Positions 10,601-19,503 are shown, numbered from the stretch's first letter. The stretch is DNA of 64,000 bases from Lentisphaeria bacterium (GCA_041690595.1 JAWLHB010000012.1:100785-164784); one strand, 5' to 3'. A program made the numbers and translations. Notes: generated by a model not told the origin, from the sequence alone.

Positions 10601-11615
10601 GCCTGCTCTCTTCCTCAGCCTTTTCTCGCCGTCTTTCCGCGGCGCTTTCCTGCTCACTGTAGCTGGCCTTCACCAACGCATCCGCCGCGAGATGAAGCCA
10701 ATGCGCCTGGCAGATACGCTCCCAGACCTCCAGAAGATCGGGCGCCAGGCGGCGCTGGTAGAGCTTGTACCAGGCCCACGGCAGCCCGAAGAGCACCACG
10801 ACCGGCATCAAGAGGGAGGCGATTCTCACCCATCCCGGCACCTCGAATATCCCCATCCACATGGCACCCGTGACGCCAAGTGCCAGCAGCGCCAGAATGA
10901 GCAGGGTCATGCCGGGAAGGCTCTTGATGGTTGCCATCAGGCCATGGCGCTGGCGGAGCGTAACGCGGCTCTCCTCCAGCTCGGTCAGCCGCCGCACCAG
11001 ATCCTCGATGGCGGCCTCCGGCGAGGGGTAGTCCGCATCGAAACCTGGGGCGTCCTCGATCGTCGGGAGGTCGGAAAGGGTGAGCTTGGCAAAGCGAGCG
11101 CGGCGCCGCATCATGTGTTCGAGCTTGGCGCGTAGCCCCGCCAGCTCGGAAAGCCGCGCCTGGCGCCGATTGTACTCTCGCGAAAGTGAGGTGTGGGCGG
11201 AGTTGAGATTGGTGCTGGTGCTCCAGACAGTGTGCTGGAAATTGGCCGCCAGCTTGTCCTTATCGACGTCGAGGGTGCTCTCGGACTCCTTGCGAAAGCG
11301 TTCGCCAAGTGCATCGATGCGGGCCAGGCGTCCGTCGAATCTCGCCTGCAGCTCCACTCTCTTCTCGCCCCAGAGAGCTTCAAGTTCGCGTGCATCGGCC
11401 TTCGCCTGGATCTCGAAATCTTCATGAGCCTCCGCGAGGCCTGTTTCAGCCCGCTGCGTAATCGTTCGCCGGTCGCGATCGAGTTTCTCGGAGGTGACGG
11501 AGAAGTCCCGCATGAGTTCGCGGAGGGAATTGAGGAGCTTGGCGATCTGCTCGTGTCCTGGCCATGGGGTCATGCGCGCATCCTTTGCATCGTCAACCAG
11601 CCACCTGTTGGGCAT
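7668..11615 (-). CDS. FtsK/SpoIIIE-family membrane ATPase, EccC/EssC-like (type VII-like coupling protein)
   Basis: Coiled coils and two TM helices, then IAGKTGSGKS Walker A, LVDFKKG, LLIVDEFQ Walker B and RQGRAFGIHVILGSQ. Flanked by degenerate ATPase-like domains; co-oriented and overlapping with the WXG100-like genes. Confidence 0.88.
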   Translation of the reverse strand: MPNRWLVDDAKDARMTPWPGHEQIAKLLNSLRELMRDFSVTSEKLDRDRRTITQRAETGLAEAHEDFEIQAKADARELEALWGEKRVELQARFDGRLARIDALGERFRKESESTLDVDKDKLAANFQHTVWSTSTNLNSAHTSLSREYNRRQARLSELAGLRAKLEHMMRRRARFAKLTLSDLPTIEDAPGFDADYPSPEAAIEDLVRRLTELEESRVTLRQRHGLMATIKSLPGMTLLILALLALGVTGAMWMGIFEVPGWVRIASLLMPVVVLFGLPWAWYKLYQRRLAPDLLEVWERICQAHWLHLAADALVKASYSEQESAAERRREKAEEESRLEHDGKVEEAVVRHRERVEEINGRLDVARAHLDRARETALARARDRAVEQLAELHERQPEEQEALQREHAVKLQKEREDLDRAWETLVNDWQTKTKPLVDELAHLEIAARELFPPLDTIDWAAWRPPQQAAPAASFGRLPIDLPTFAGRSPNPELLPLPGSYTYDLPATFDVPADSSLLIESAGTAREPAIAVIQQIMLRLLVNSSPGRISFTIIDPIGLGQSFAAFMHLADYDESFVGRRIWTESRHIEQQLADINEHMEKVIQKYLRNEYESIAEYNESAGELAERYRFVVICDFPANFTESAAQRLSSIVSSGARCGVFVLLHKDRREPTPKGFDMVQLRRNAVCLSLEHDELKWRHHVLEPLPLVAEEPPDRELFTTILQRVGECVEEALRVEVSYKTVAPLPEETWSRSSADGLDIPIGKSGANKRQEMAIGYGTSQHAIIAGKTGSGKSTLFHVIITSLSLWYSPDEVEFYLVDFKKGVEFKIYARGLLPHVRAVAIESDRDFGLSILHRLDEELKKRGERFRELEVQNLSAYRQQAPDHPMPRVLLIVDEFQELFTEDDRISQESALLLDRIVRQGRAFGIHVILGSQTLGGAYSLARTTMGQMTVRIALQCSEADSYLILSDDNAAARLLNRPGEAIYNDAAGMVEGNSPFQVAWLSDQERDDYLHRVADHAREQKIDVSRPPIVFEGNAPAHLVENSKLMASLRGETPRTGETLRLWLGAPNTIKGPVHADLEPQTAQHLLVVGQSLAEARSLTAGILVSLAAHRDPLPRVLLIDGSPADAPQAESLKEVAEKIELPLEVVAYRDVDETLKSLSEMLTTREAERVHQPPAVLVIFGLQRFRQFRYEDDFGYSGDSDKPPAPDKLLDRLINEGAELGLHLVVWCDSTANLTRTLSRRAQNAFAYKVLFQMSVTDSTSLIDQPEAAKLGLHLALLADENRGRFEKFRPYALPNGEFWSALKNAPPPSQKG

Positions 11616-11805
11616 GCTTGATCAGTTTTTCAAGTTCTTCGATGCCTTCGAGCGCGCGGCGGACATCCGGCCCCAGCGGCTGAAGGAAACGTCTCTCGAA
11701 CTCGATGCTCTTGACGTCCTGCCAGGTGTGAAGCGTGCGGTTCCACTGCTCACGAAGGTCGCGATGGGCCTCGTCCAGTTCATTTCGGGAGGTGCTCAGG
11801 CTCAT
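11593..11805 (-). CDS. Small WXG100-like protein (70 aa, central TWQD)
   Basis: Predicted helix-turn-helix hairpin with W-x-D followed by F (TWQDVKSIEF); overlaps both neighbours. Confidence 0.65.
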   Translation of the reverse strand: MSLSTSRNELDEAHRDLREQWNRTLHTWQDVKSIEFERRFLQPLGPDVRRALEGIEELEKLIKHAQQVAG

Positions 11806-12356
11806 GCTTTCCCCTTATCGTTCGAGGCAGGTTTCTCTTCCTCGTCCTCATCCGTCGGCGCGGAATCCGTATCTTCCGCATCGGCAAAGGCTTCTGAATA
11901 GTCGTCGAGGGTGTCGATGATGTTTCGGAGGTAATCGACTGCCTGTGGGAGATCCTGATCGACGTCGTTGGCAAGCTTGTTGCAGGCGGTGAGGTGCCTG
12001 CGGGCCTCGCCATCAAAATCGCGTATGAGCTGTCGTATGGCTACGACCTTCTGCTCGGCCTCCTTCAGCTGCCGGTCCAGCAGGTCGACCTGGCGGCGCT
12101 CCTCCAGTTGCTCCACCGGGGACTTGAAAAGCTTGGCGCCCAGGAGGTTTCCGCGCGCGTCGGCATGCTTGGTGCGGAGCCGTTTGACCTGATTCTGCCA
12201 GTGGGGCAGCCGATCCTGCTGGAGCCAGCCCATGGTGCGCGTGACCGCGCTGGACGACTCATCGAGGATGGCGCGCGTCCGCTCCATGAAGATCATGAGG
12301 TTTCCCCGAAAGCGACGCAGATCGTCGATCGAATAGACGCGTGCCTGCCTGGCCAT
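11802..12356 (-). CDS. Coiled-coil WXG100-associated protein (184 aa, acidic tail)
   Basis: N-terminus ARVYSIDDLRRF resembles the WXG100 start (AIVDPEELRRF). All-helical; sits within the operon. Confidence 0.7.
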   Translation of the reverse strand: MARQARVYSIDDLRRFRGNLMIFMERTRAILDESSSAVTRTMGWLQQDRLPHWQNQVKRLRTKHADARGNLLGAKLFKSPVEQLEERRQVDLLDRQLKEAEQKVVAIRQLIRDFDGEARRHLTACNKLANDVDQDLPQAVDYLRNIIDTLDDYSEAFADAEDTDSAPTDEDEEEKPASNDKGKA

Positions 12357-12368
12357 GATGCCTGCCTG

Positions 12369-12641
12369 TTAACGCTGTTTGAGATACTCTTCGGCGCGCT
12401 CGGCCTTGCGCATGAGATAAGGAACCTGCTCATGCGCTTCGATGACGAACTTGCCCAGCATGCGCATCGTCTGGTCGAAGGTTTCGGCGAACTTCACCTG
12501 TTCCTGATCCTTCCACGTATCGCCGAGTGCCTTGAAGCGCCCCTGCAGGCTGCTCATGCGGTTCTGCATCTCCTGCGACGCGCGATCGAGTTCCTGCGCG
12601 AAGCGTCTAAGTTCTTCGGGATCGACTATGGCTCTAGCCAT
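12369..12641 (-). CDS. WXG100 family (EsxA-like) protein
   Basis: 90 aa, VDPEELRRFAQEL N-motif, central LGDTWKDQEQVKF, AGGAGG RBS. Confidence 0.88.
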   Translation of the reverse strand: MARAIVDPEELRRFAQELDRASQEMQNRMSSLQGRFKALGDTWKDQEQVKFAETFDQTMRMLGKFVIEAHEQVPYLMRKAERAEEYLKQR

Positions 12642-12777
12642 ACATGGCCTCCTTGCGGCAATATCTCATTCGTTCTCCCCGCGGTTGGCACCAGAATATT
12701 AATGTACAGGCAGCCGTCGGATGAATCAAGCCGATGGCTGACCGGCGCCCGCCGCCAACCCGCTGCGTTGGGGTCAA

Positions 12778-14103
12778 TCATGCTTCAATGCGGGTCCTGG
12801 CTGTCTCCTGAAGCAGAATCTGGTCGATGTCGGCTGTGAAGGGGGCGGGACGGGAATGAAAATAGAGGGACTGATACACTTCGTGACCTTCCTCGGGCAA
12901 CAGCGCCGCGGTGGGAATATAGGCATCGGTATAGTTGCAGTATCCGAGCATGATCGTATCGATCTGTTCGGCGTCCTTGAGCAGGCGTCCCACCTGGGCA
13001 GTGATCTCTCCTGAAAGGGTCAGCATCTGAAGGTGCGGATCGAGGGTCAGCCGTGTCACCAGCATGCCGAATCCCCGAGCCTGCGTTCCCTGGCGCAGCC
13101 GTTCGAGCAGCCCGTCCGCCCAAAGCCGGAGAATCTGGCGGTTGGCTGGCCCGATGTAACGATCGACGGGCGGCTCCGCGGGATCGGCATAGTGGCGCAG
13201 GGTCTCCAGGTCGGGCATTCGGGCCATGTCGTAGGGAAGCTGAAATTCGTGCTCGCGGGCGGCAAGGCGCAGGTTGACGTCGCGCATGTCGTCGGAGCAC
13301 AGGAAGGCGCTCATGCGCTCCGCCTCCGCGTCGTAGAAGGCAGCGTAGGGTTCCGGATCCTCCGGCCGGAATCCACACCGTGGCATGACGCTCGCGCCGG
13401 CTCCCTGCGCAAAGAGGGTCACCACATCCTCGCCCAGACGGCGCTTCATACCGCGGGAGATGACGCCCGGCCAGTCGGCGCTGACACGATTGATGTGCCG
13501 TGATGTCGGATGGCAGCCATAGCTGTAGAGCACCGCCCGCAAGCGGCCGTCGGCGGCATCGGCGATACTGAGCAGGGGCATCTCGGGGTCATGATAACCA
13601 TCGGGATACGCGCCAAGGCGCACCTTGCCCGGGTAATCGGGATGGGGTTGACGCCGGCTGACGCCGAGATCCGAATGGTGCAGGCCGTAGCGGATGGTAG
13701 TGGGTCGCATCTCGCCGAAGGCGGCGGTAAGGCCATGCCGGATGGTCAGCTCGAGCTGGCGGATGTAGGCGACGTCAAGCGGCCACTGGGGGTAGCATTC
13801 CTGCCAGAAAAGCGCCGGTGTGCAATGGCTGTGAGAGACGTTGAGAACCAGCGCGGCGCTGTCGACATTCAGGGTCTTCGCGGCCCAGTGTTTCAGGCGC
13901 CAGGCAAGATCCTTTGGCAGCTTGAGCAGGTCGGCGGTGACGATGGCGGCACGGCTGCCGCGCTCGTCCTGCAGCGCCAGGATGCGGAGAAAGAGAGGGT
14001 CATCCACCCCTTCGCTGGGGAGAAAGCGATTTGGGAAACCGGCAAGATAGATTGGTTTGTCGGGAGTAATCGTCGTCTCGAAGAGTCCTGCCATTGCCAC
14101 CAT
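12778..14103 (-). CDS. Neutral/alkaline ceramidase N-terminal-domain family hydrolase
   Basis: ITPDKPIYLAGF, GVDDPLFLRILAL, SHSHCTP, YGCHPT and SADWPG motifs. Confidence 0.8.
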   Translation of the reverse strand: MVAMAGLFETTITPDKPIYLAGFPNRFLPSEGVDDPLFLRILALQDERGSRAAIVTADLLKLPKDLAWRLKHWAAKTLNVDSAALVLNVSHSHCTPALFWQECYPQWPLDVAYIRQLELTIRHGLTAAFGEMRPTTIRYGLHHSDLGVSRRQPHPDYPGKVRLGAYPDGYHDPEMPLLSIADAADGRLRAVLYSYGCHPTSRHINRVSADWPGVISRGMKRRLGEDVVTLFAQGAGASVMPRCGFRPEDPEPYAAFYDAEAERMSAFLCSDDMRDVNLRLAAREHEFQLPYDMARMPDLETLRHYADPAEPPVDRYIGPANRQILRLWADGLLERLRQGTQARGFGMLVTRLTLDPHLQMLTLSGEITAQVGRLLKDAEQIDTIMLGYCNYTDAYIPTAALLPEEGHEVYQSLYFHSRPAPFTADIDQILLQETARTRIEA

Positions 14104-14130
14104 CTTGAAATCCTCACGGTATGAAATGGT

Positions 14131-15021
14131 TTACATGCTTGCCAACGATAAGATAATCACTCCGAGCACGGCTGCCACCATGCCGGCGTAGCCCCAGCGG
14201 CCCAGTCGCGTCTTCCACCACCAGGCGCTGGCCCCCTGCGTCAACAGGATAACGCCGACAGCGGTCGCGGGAAAGACGACGATGCCGGGCAGATCGCGCA
14301 AGGCCCATGGCCTCGTGCCGGTGCCAACGACCGTGCACAGGCCCGCCAGAATGCCGAACTTCACCGCCAGCCGTGACGGCAGCCGCCGCATTGCCGCCAG
14401 CGAGATCAGCGACAGCACCATCGCCACCGTAAAGGCGATACAAATATACGCCAACCGATAGGTCTCATTGCCGAAACCGCCCGCGGCGCGCAGGGTCAAT
14501 TCCCAGCCACCCTGGAAGAGGAAAGAGGCAGCCAGCCAGATGTACCAGCGACGGGATGACGAACCATGCGTCATGGCATGATTCATCCGATCGAGACCGA
14601 ATGCCACCAGCGCCGCCAGGGTCAGCACCGTTCCTCCAATCGCCATCCACATGCCGGGCGAATCGACCCGCAACGCCACCTCGTGCCAGATGAGCATGGA
14701 CGCGAGCGTGGGGATGACCATGGCGGAGCGGCTGACCGTCCAGGTGATTCCCAGGTGGCCGAGACCACTGGCGCGCAAGTTGGCAAAGCCTGCCAGCCAG
14801 TAAAAGGCGCCGGCAGTGAGTGCCCAGGCCCACACCTGTGCCGGTAACTCGCTGATGGCTTCTCCCTTCAACCCCGGCGCCAAGAGGCAGAGGGCAAGTA
14901 CTCCCCCAACCAGGCGAAAGACGGCATTCACCTCCAGCGCAGAGGCTCCACGGTCGGCGGAGAGGCGGAAGACGACCGCGGAGGTGCTGATGAAGACGAT
15001 CGACAGTACCAGAAATACCAC
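14131..15021 (-). CDS. EamA/DMT-family transporter
   Basis: About 10 hydrophobic segments in a 5+5 arrangement, 296 aa. Confidence 0.7.
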   Translation of the reverse strand: MVFLVLSIVFISTSAVVFRLSADRGASALEVNAVFRLVGGVLALCLLAPGLKGEAISELPAQVWAWALTAGAFYWLAGFANLRASGLGHLGITWTVSRSAMVIPTLASMLIWHEVALRVDSPGMWMAIGGTVLTLAALVAFGLDRMNHAMTHGSSSRRWYIWLAASFLFQGGWELTLRAAGGFGNETYRLAYICIAFTVAMVLSLISLAAMRRLPSRLAVKFGILAGLCTVVGTGTRPWALRDLPGIVVFPATAVGVILLTQGASAWWWKTRLGRWGYAGMVAAVLGVIILSLASM

Positions 15022-15067
15022 TCTCGCCTTTCCCCTTGCGTCTGCCGACCAGAGCGCCCCTTTGCGC

Positions 15068-16093
15068 TCAGTCCGTCAACAAGGTACTCCGCACGCGCTG
15101 CAGTTCAATCTCGATCTCGCGGACCATGTCGTCCATGATCTCCTGGATCGATTCTTCCTTGTTCACCAGTCCGACGGACTGCCCGGCCATGAGGGAGCCA
15201 CTGTCGATGTCGCCATCCATGACGGCACGGCGCAGGGCGCCCACCCAGTACTCCTCGACCTTGTACTGCGCTTCATGACGGGTGATGCGCTCTTCCTCGA
15301 GTTCCTTGATCAGCTTGAGCTGCAGGCGGCCAAAGTCGTCGGTGCCCTTGTTGCGCAGAGCACGAACGGCCACGACGGGTAGACGACTGTCGAACTGGGG
15401 GGTCGATACGGCGTCGCGGGCATTGGCGCTGATGAAGCGCTTCTTGAAGGCGGGATGGGCGCAGCTTTCGTTGGCCACGGCAAAACGGGTGCCCATCTGT
15501 ACCCCCGCGGCGCCCATGAGAAGCAGGTGCGCGCTGAGGCGCCCGGTGGCGATACCGCCCGCCACAAAGACTGGCACCTCGTTCACGGCGAAGAGGACCT
15601 GTTGCAGCAGAACGGTGAGCGTCACATGGCCGACATGCCCGCCGGCTTCCATGCCTTCGAGGATCAGCGCATCGGCGCCATAGCGAATCATCCGCATGGC
15701 AATGGAGTCCGTCGAGACAAAGCAGAGAACCTTCGCCCCACTCTCCTTGGCGATCTTGATCTCGGGTTCGCGCGGAAAGCTTCCGGCAAAGATGACGAAG
15801 GGCAGCTTCATCTCGCTCACCAGCTCCAGATGCTGATGATAGGCGGGCGCGATGGTGATCAGGTTGACGCCGAATGGCTTGTCGGTCAGCCGACGCGTCT
15901 CTTCGATCTGGGCTCGGAAAATGTCCACGGGGGTATTGCCGCCGGCGAGGGAACCGAAGCCACCGGCATTGCAGACCGCCGCCACCAGTTGCGGGTTGCT
16001 CACCCACGTCATGGCCCCACACATGATCGGATACTCGACACCGAAAAAGTCGCGTCCCTTCTGGAAAAAGCGGTCTGAAAGATTGTGGCTCAT
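15068..16093 (-). CDS. fabK: Nitronate monooxygenase family / FabK-like enoyl-ACP reductase
   Basis: YPIMCGAMTWVS, KPFGVN, EGMEAGGHVG, AGGIATG, GVQMGTRF and SLMAGQSVGLV motifs. Confidence 0.75.
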   Translation of the reverse strand: MSHNLSDRFFQKGRDFFGVEYPIMCGAMTWVSNPQLVAAVCNAGGFGSLAGGNTPVDIFRAQIEETRRLTDKPFGVNLITIAPAYHQHLELVSEMKLPFVIFAGSFPREPEIKIAKESGAKVLCFVSTDSIAMRMIRYGADALILEGMEAGGHVGHVTLTVLLQQVLFAVNEVPVFVAGGIATGRLSAHLLLMGAAGVQMGTRFAVANESCAHPAFKKRFISANARDAVSTPQFDSRLPVVAVRALRNKGTDDFGRLQLKLIKELEEERITRHEAQYKVEEYWVGALRRAVMDGDIDSGSLMAGQSVGLVNKEESIQEIMDDMVREIEIELQRVRSTLLTD

Positions 16094-16652
16094 ACTGGTC
16101 TACCCCTAACATTCGTTTAAACGTGAAAATTCCATCCGCTGGTAGCTTAGCCGTGGCTTCGGTGAAGTCAAGGAGCTCAGGAGGTATTCTACATCGCTTG
16201 CCATTCAAATCCCGGAGGGCTTATAGCCTGCAGGGGACACGGGGACACACGAGCAGCATCCAGTCGAGGGGCACTCGGTCTCGTTGCTCATTCAACTTGA
16301 TTCAATCGATCACTCGACAGCATCCTCAGGAGCAGCAGGTCGCCGTTCGGAGAACGCCGTGGAAACGGCCCTAATCGCCGCCGGGAGAACGCCGCATGAA
16401 TAAGTCCATGGAATTGAACGTCCGATGGGGTGGCGAGGGGATATGAGGGGAGCCAGGCGTCGGGGAGTGGCAACGTCCAACGCCAGAGCCACTCAGGCGA
16501 GTGGCGTGCCCAGGGTGCGCGGGAGGAGTGATGGAAGGTTGGGAGGTGGCAGGGCTTGAGGGCAAGTGTTGGGGCAACGGCTATTGATTATGGGCGGGGC
16601 GCGGCTAAACTAACGGCTTGAACATCGACCACCCAATCCAAGGAAGAGCGGC

Positions 16653-17234
16653 ATGAGCGAAGAAGCAGTGAGAACCTATGTACTCAGCGTTATGAGCGAC
16701 GACCATCCGGGCATTGTCTCCGCGGTTACCGGCGCCATCGGCGAGTTGCAAGGGAATATCACCTCATGCAGCCAGACGGTGGTGGAAGGGTACTTTACCC
16801 TGATCATGATCGCGAGTTTTCCCGCCTCGGTGACGAAGGAGGCGATCGTGGAACTGGTGGAGGCGCCCTCGACGAACCGGGGGCAGCTTCAGGTCATCGT
16901 GCAGCCCTATCGCGAACACCCGACTCCGCCGATGCTGCAGAAGGCGGAGCGCTTCGTGGTCACCGCGTTCGGTGCGGACAAGCCGGGGATCATTCGCGGC
17001 TTCACGCGGTACCTGGCGGACAAGGAGATCAACATCATCGACCTCTACGGCGACCTGCGGGGCGAGGAATTCGTCCTGATCACGCAGGTGGAGATGCCGA
17101 CCCACTGGAGCGTACGGATGATCCAGGCGGACCTGGAGGAGATGGGCGCTCAGGATGGTTTCACGGTCCGTTTTCAGCACGAGAACGTCTTCGTCGCCAC
17201 CAATCAACTTCGCCTCACCCCAAGCCAGGGATAA
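16653..17234 (+). CDS. Tandem ACT-domain protein (GcvR-like)
   Basis: Two ACT signatures, SVMSDDHPGIV and TAFGADKPGII; directly upstream of the DUF711 gene. Confidence 0.85.
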   Translation: MSEEAVRTYVLSVMSDDHPGIVSAVTGAIGELQGNITSCSQTVVEGYFTLIMIASFPASVTKEAIVELVEAPSTNRGQLQVIVQPYREHPTPPMLQKAERFVVTAFGADKPGIIRGFTRYLADKEINIIDLYGDLRGEEFVLITQVEMPTHWSVRMIQADLEEMGAQDGFTVRFQHENVFVATNQLRLTPSQG

Positions 17235-17238
17235 GACC

Positions 17239-18612
17239 ATGCTGCGAACCGATGAAATCATGTCGACGATCCAGATGCTGCACAGCGAGCACCTGGATGT
17301 GCGGACGGTCACGCTGGCGCTCAATGTGGATGAATGCGCGGCCGCGGGGATCGGGCACCTCTGCCGGAAGCTGCACCATCTGATCGTCAGCCGGGCCGGT
17401 CGTCTGGTGGAGATCTGCGACCGGATCGGCGCCAAGTACAGCATCCCCGTCACCAACAAGCGGCTGGCGATTTCGCCAATCAGCACGCTGCTGGCGGGCC
17501 ATGGGCACAGCACGGCGGTGGATGTGGCCCGGACGCTGGATGAAGCAGCCGCGGAATGCGGGATCAATCTGGTTGGGGGTTTCACGGCGCTGGTGCAGAA
17601 AGGTATGACGAAGGCGGATCGGGTCGTGATGGAGTCTCTGCCGGATGTGCTTTCGGGGACGCAGCGGGTCTGCTCGAGCGTGCAGGTAGCGACGCGCAAG
17701 GCGGGGATCAACATGGATGCGGTGGGACGCATGGGTGAAATTGTCTGCCGCATCGCCGAAGCCACCGCCGCGCAGAATGGCTTTGGCTGCGCCAAGCTGG
17801 TGATCTTTGCCAACATTCCCGAAGACAATCCCTTCATGGCGGGGGCGTACATGGGGGCGGGCGAAGGGGACGCCACCATCAACATCGGGGTTTCCGGCCC
17901 GGGGGTCATCGGTTCAGCGCTGCGTCGCCGCATCGAGCAGGGGCAGCAGTTGACGCTGGGTGACCTGGCGGAGGAGATCAAGATCACAAGTTTTCGAGTG
18001 ACGCGCGTAGGCGAGTTGATCGGGCGGGAGGTCGCCGCGGCGCTTGGGGTTCCCTTCGGGATCGTCGATCTGTCGCTGGCGCCGACGCCGCAGGTTGGGG
18101 ACAGTGTGGGGGAGATCATCAAGTTGCTGGGCATCGAGCATGTGGGTGCGCCGGGGTCGACGGCGGCAGTGGCGATGCTCAACGATGCGGTGAAGAAGGG
18201 GGGCGCCTTTGCGTCCAGTTCGGTAGGCGGCATGAGCGGCGCCTTCATCCCGGTAAGCGAAGATGCTACGCTTTCCGAGGCCGTGAAGAATGGCCACCTT
18301 TCGCTGGAGAAGCTCGAGGCGATGACCAGCGTTTGCTCGGTCGGGCTGGACATGATCGCGGTGCCTGGCGATATTTCGCCCAAGACGGTGGCCGCCATCA
18401 TAGCCGACGAAGCAGCGATCGGTGTCATCAACAACAAGACGACGGCGGTGCGCCTCATTCCGGTGCCCGGCGCCAAAGCCGGTGATTTTGTCGAGTTTGG
18501 CGGTTTGTTCGGCTCGGCCACGGTGATGGATGTGCGGAACTGTGGTGCGAGCGACGCCTTCGTGAATTTCGGCGGACGCATTCCCGCCCCCATTCAGTCG
18601 CTCGGAAACTGA
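17239..18612 (+). CDS. PFL-fold family protein (DUF711/UPF0210)
   Basis: [62 protein letters not shown]. Confidence 0.92.
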   Translation: MLRTDEIMSTIQMLHSEHLDVRTVTLALNVDECAAAGIGHLCRKLHHLIVSRAGRLVEICDRIGAKYSIPVTNKRLAISPISTLLAGHGHSTAVDVARTLDEAAAECGINLVGGFTALVQKGMTKADRVVMESLPDVLSGTQRVCSSVQVATRKAGINMDAVGRMGEIVCRIAEATAAQNGFGCAKLVIFANIPEDNPFMAGAYMGAGEGDATINIGVSGPGVIGSALRRRIEQGQQLTLGDLAEEIKITSFRVTRVGELIGREVAAALGVPFGIVDLSLAPTPQVGDSVGEIIKLLGIEHVGAPGSTAAVAMLNDAVKKGGAFASSSVGGMSGAFIPVSEDATLSEAVKNGHLSLEKLEAMTSVCSVGLDMIAVPGDISPKTVAAIIADEAAIGVINNKTTAVRLIPVPGAKAGDFVEFGGLFGSATVMDVRNCGASDAFVNFGGRIPAPIQSLGN

Positions 18613-18709
18613 AAAGGCAGCACTCGCCCTACCCTCTTGCGGTCCGGAAAGAAGTCGTCTATGTTGTTATCGTGTCAACCTGCACGAAACTAACATTTGG
18701 AGGCGTAGC

Positions 18710-19108
18710 ATGGATCTGAAACGAGGAAGCATATTGACGTGTGGCAAGGGGCTGCAAGTGGAGGTTCTGGAAGGGAATACGTCCTGTGAGCTTTCCTGCT
18801 GTGGCGAGCCGATGGTGCGGCTGAAGGAGAAAACGGCGGATTCCAGGAACGAGAAGCATGTCCCGGTCATCGAGAAGATCGCCGGCGGTTATAAGGTGAA
18901 GGTGGGATCGGTTCCCCATCCGATGACGGCGGAGCACTGGATTCAATGGATCGAGCTGCGAGTCGGCAACAAGCTTTATCGCGAGTTTCTGGAGCCTGGC
19001 GCTCCGCCTGAAGCCATCTTCATGGTGAGCGGCGAAGGTTCGCCGATTGCCCGTGAGTACTGCAACGTGCACGGACTCTGGCAGGAATCTTCGGCGGTTC
19101 CCGTATAG
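18710..19108 (+). CDS. dfx: Desulfoferrodoxin / superoxide reductase
   Basis: CCGEPM, EKHVP, HPM..EHWIQW and [16 protein letters not shown]. Confidence 0.92.
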   Translation: MDLKRGSILTCGKGLQVEVLEGNTSCELSCCGEPMVRLKEKTADSRNEKHVPVIEKIAGGYKVKVGSVPHPMTAEHWIQWIELRVGNKLYREFLEPGAPPEAIFMVSGEGSPIAREYCNVHGLWQESSAVPV

Positions 19109-19264
19109 GCATATGCCTCCATCGTCCAGGCGCCACATGTCGCGCGCATGGCGGTGAAAGTGGCTCTCTTGGGAAGCCCGAAAAAAACTCACAAAGAGCA
19201 TTTGAAATCGAAGGTAGTCGAGGCATTTTAAGAGCTCATTCGATTTCACGTCGGGTGTATAGGC

Positions 19265-19340
19265 GACCCCATCGTCTAGTGGCCTAGGACATCGGGTTTT
19301 CATCCCGGTAACACGGGTTCGACTCCCGTTGGGGTCGCCA
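19265..19340 (+). tRNA. tRNA-Glu (anticodon TTC)
   Basis: Acceptor stem GACCCCA/TGGGGTC, anticodon arm TCGGG-TTTTCAT-CCCGG, T-loop GTTCGAC, encoded CCA. Confidence 0.97.
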
Positions 19341-19503
19341 TTTTTATTTTCTTGCGAACGTCCTGCCACGAGCAGCCAGTTTGCATAAGCGTCGAGTGCG
19401 GGATAAGCTATTTATACTTCGGTTGAGCTTGAATTCTGCGTGTGGCGAGCCGAAGTTACCTTTCCACTGAGGCATCCCGCCACCCCCGCGAAGAGTACCC
19501 CCC

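Noticed and set aside
16100..16650. tmRNA, RNase P, SRP or 6S RNA, or a CRISPR array
   Set aside because: No diagnostic termini or motifs, and no regularly spaced repeats here or elsewhere in the window.
18659..19369. 236-aa minus-strand ORF
   Set aside because: Overlaps tRNA-Glu and dfx antisense, so it is spurious.
19265..19500. Integrative element at tRNA-Glu
   Set aside because: No integrase, no duplicated tRNA 3' end and no compositional shift downstream.
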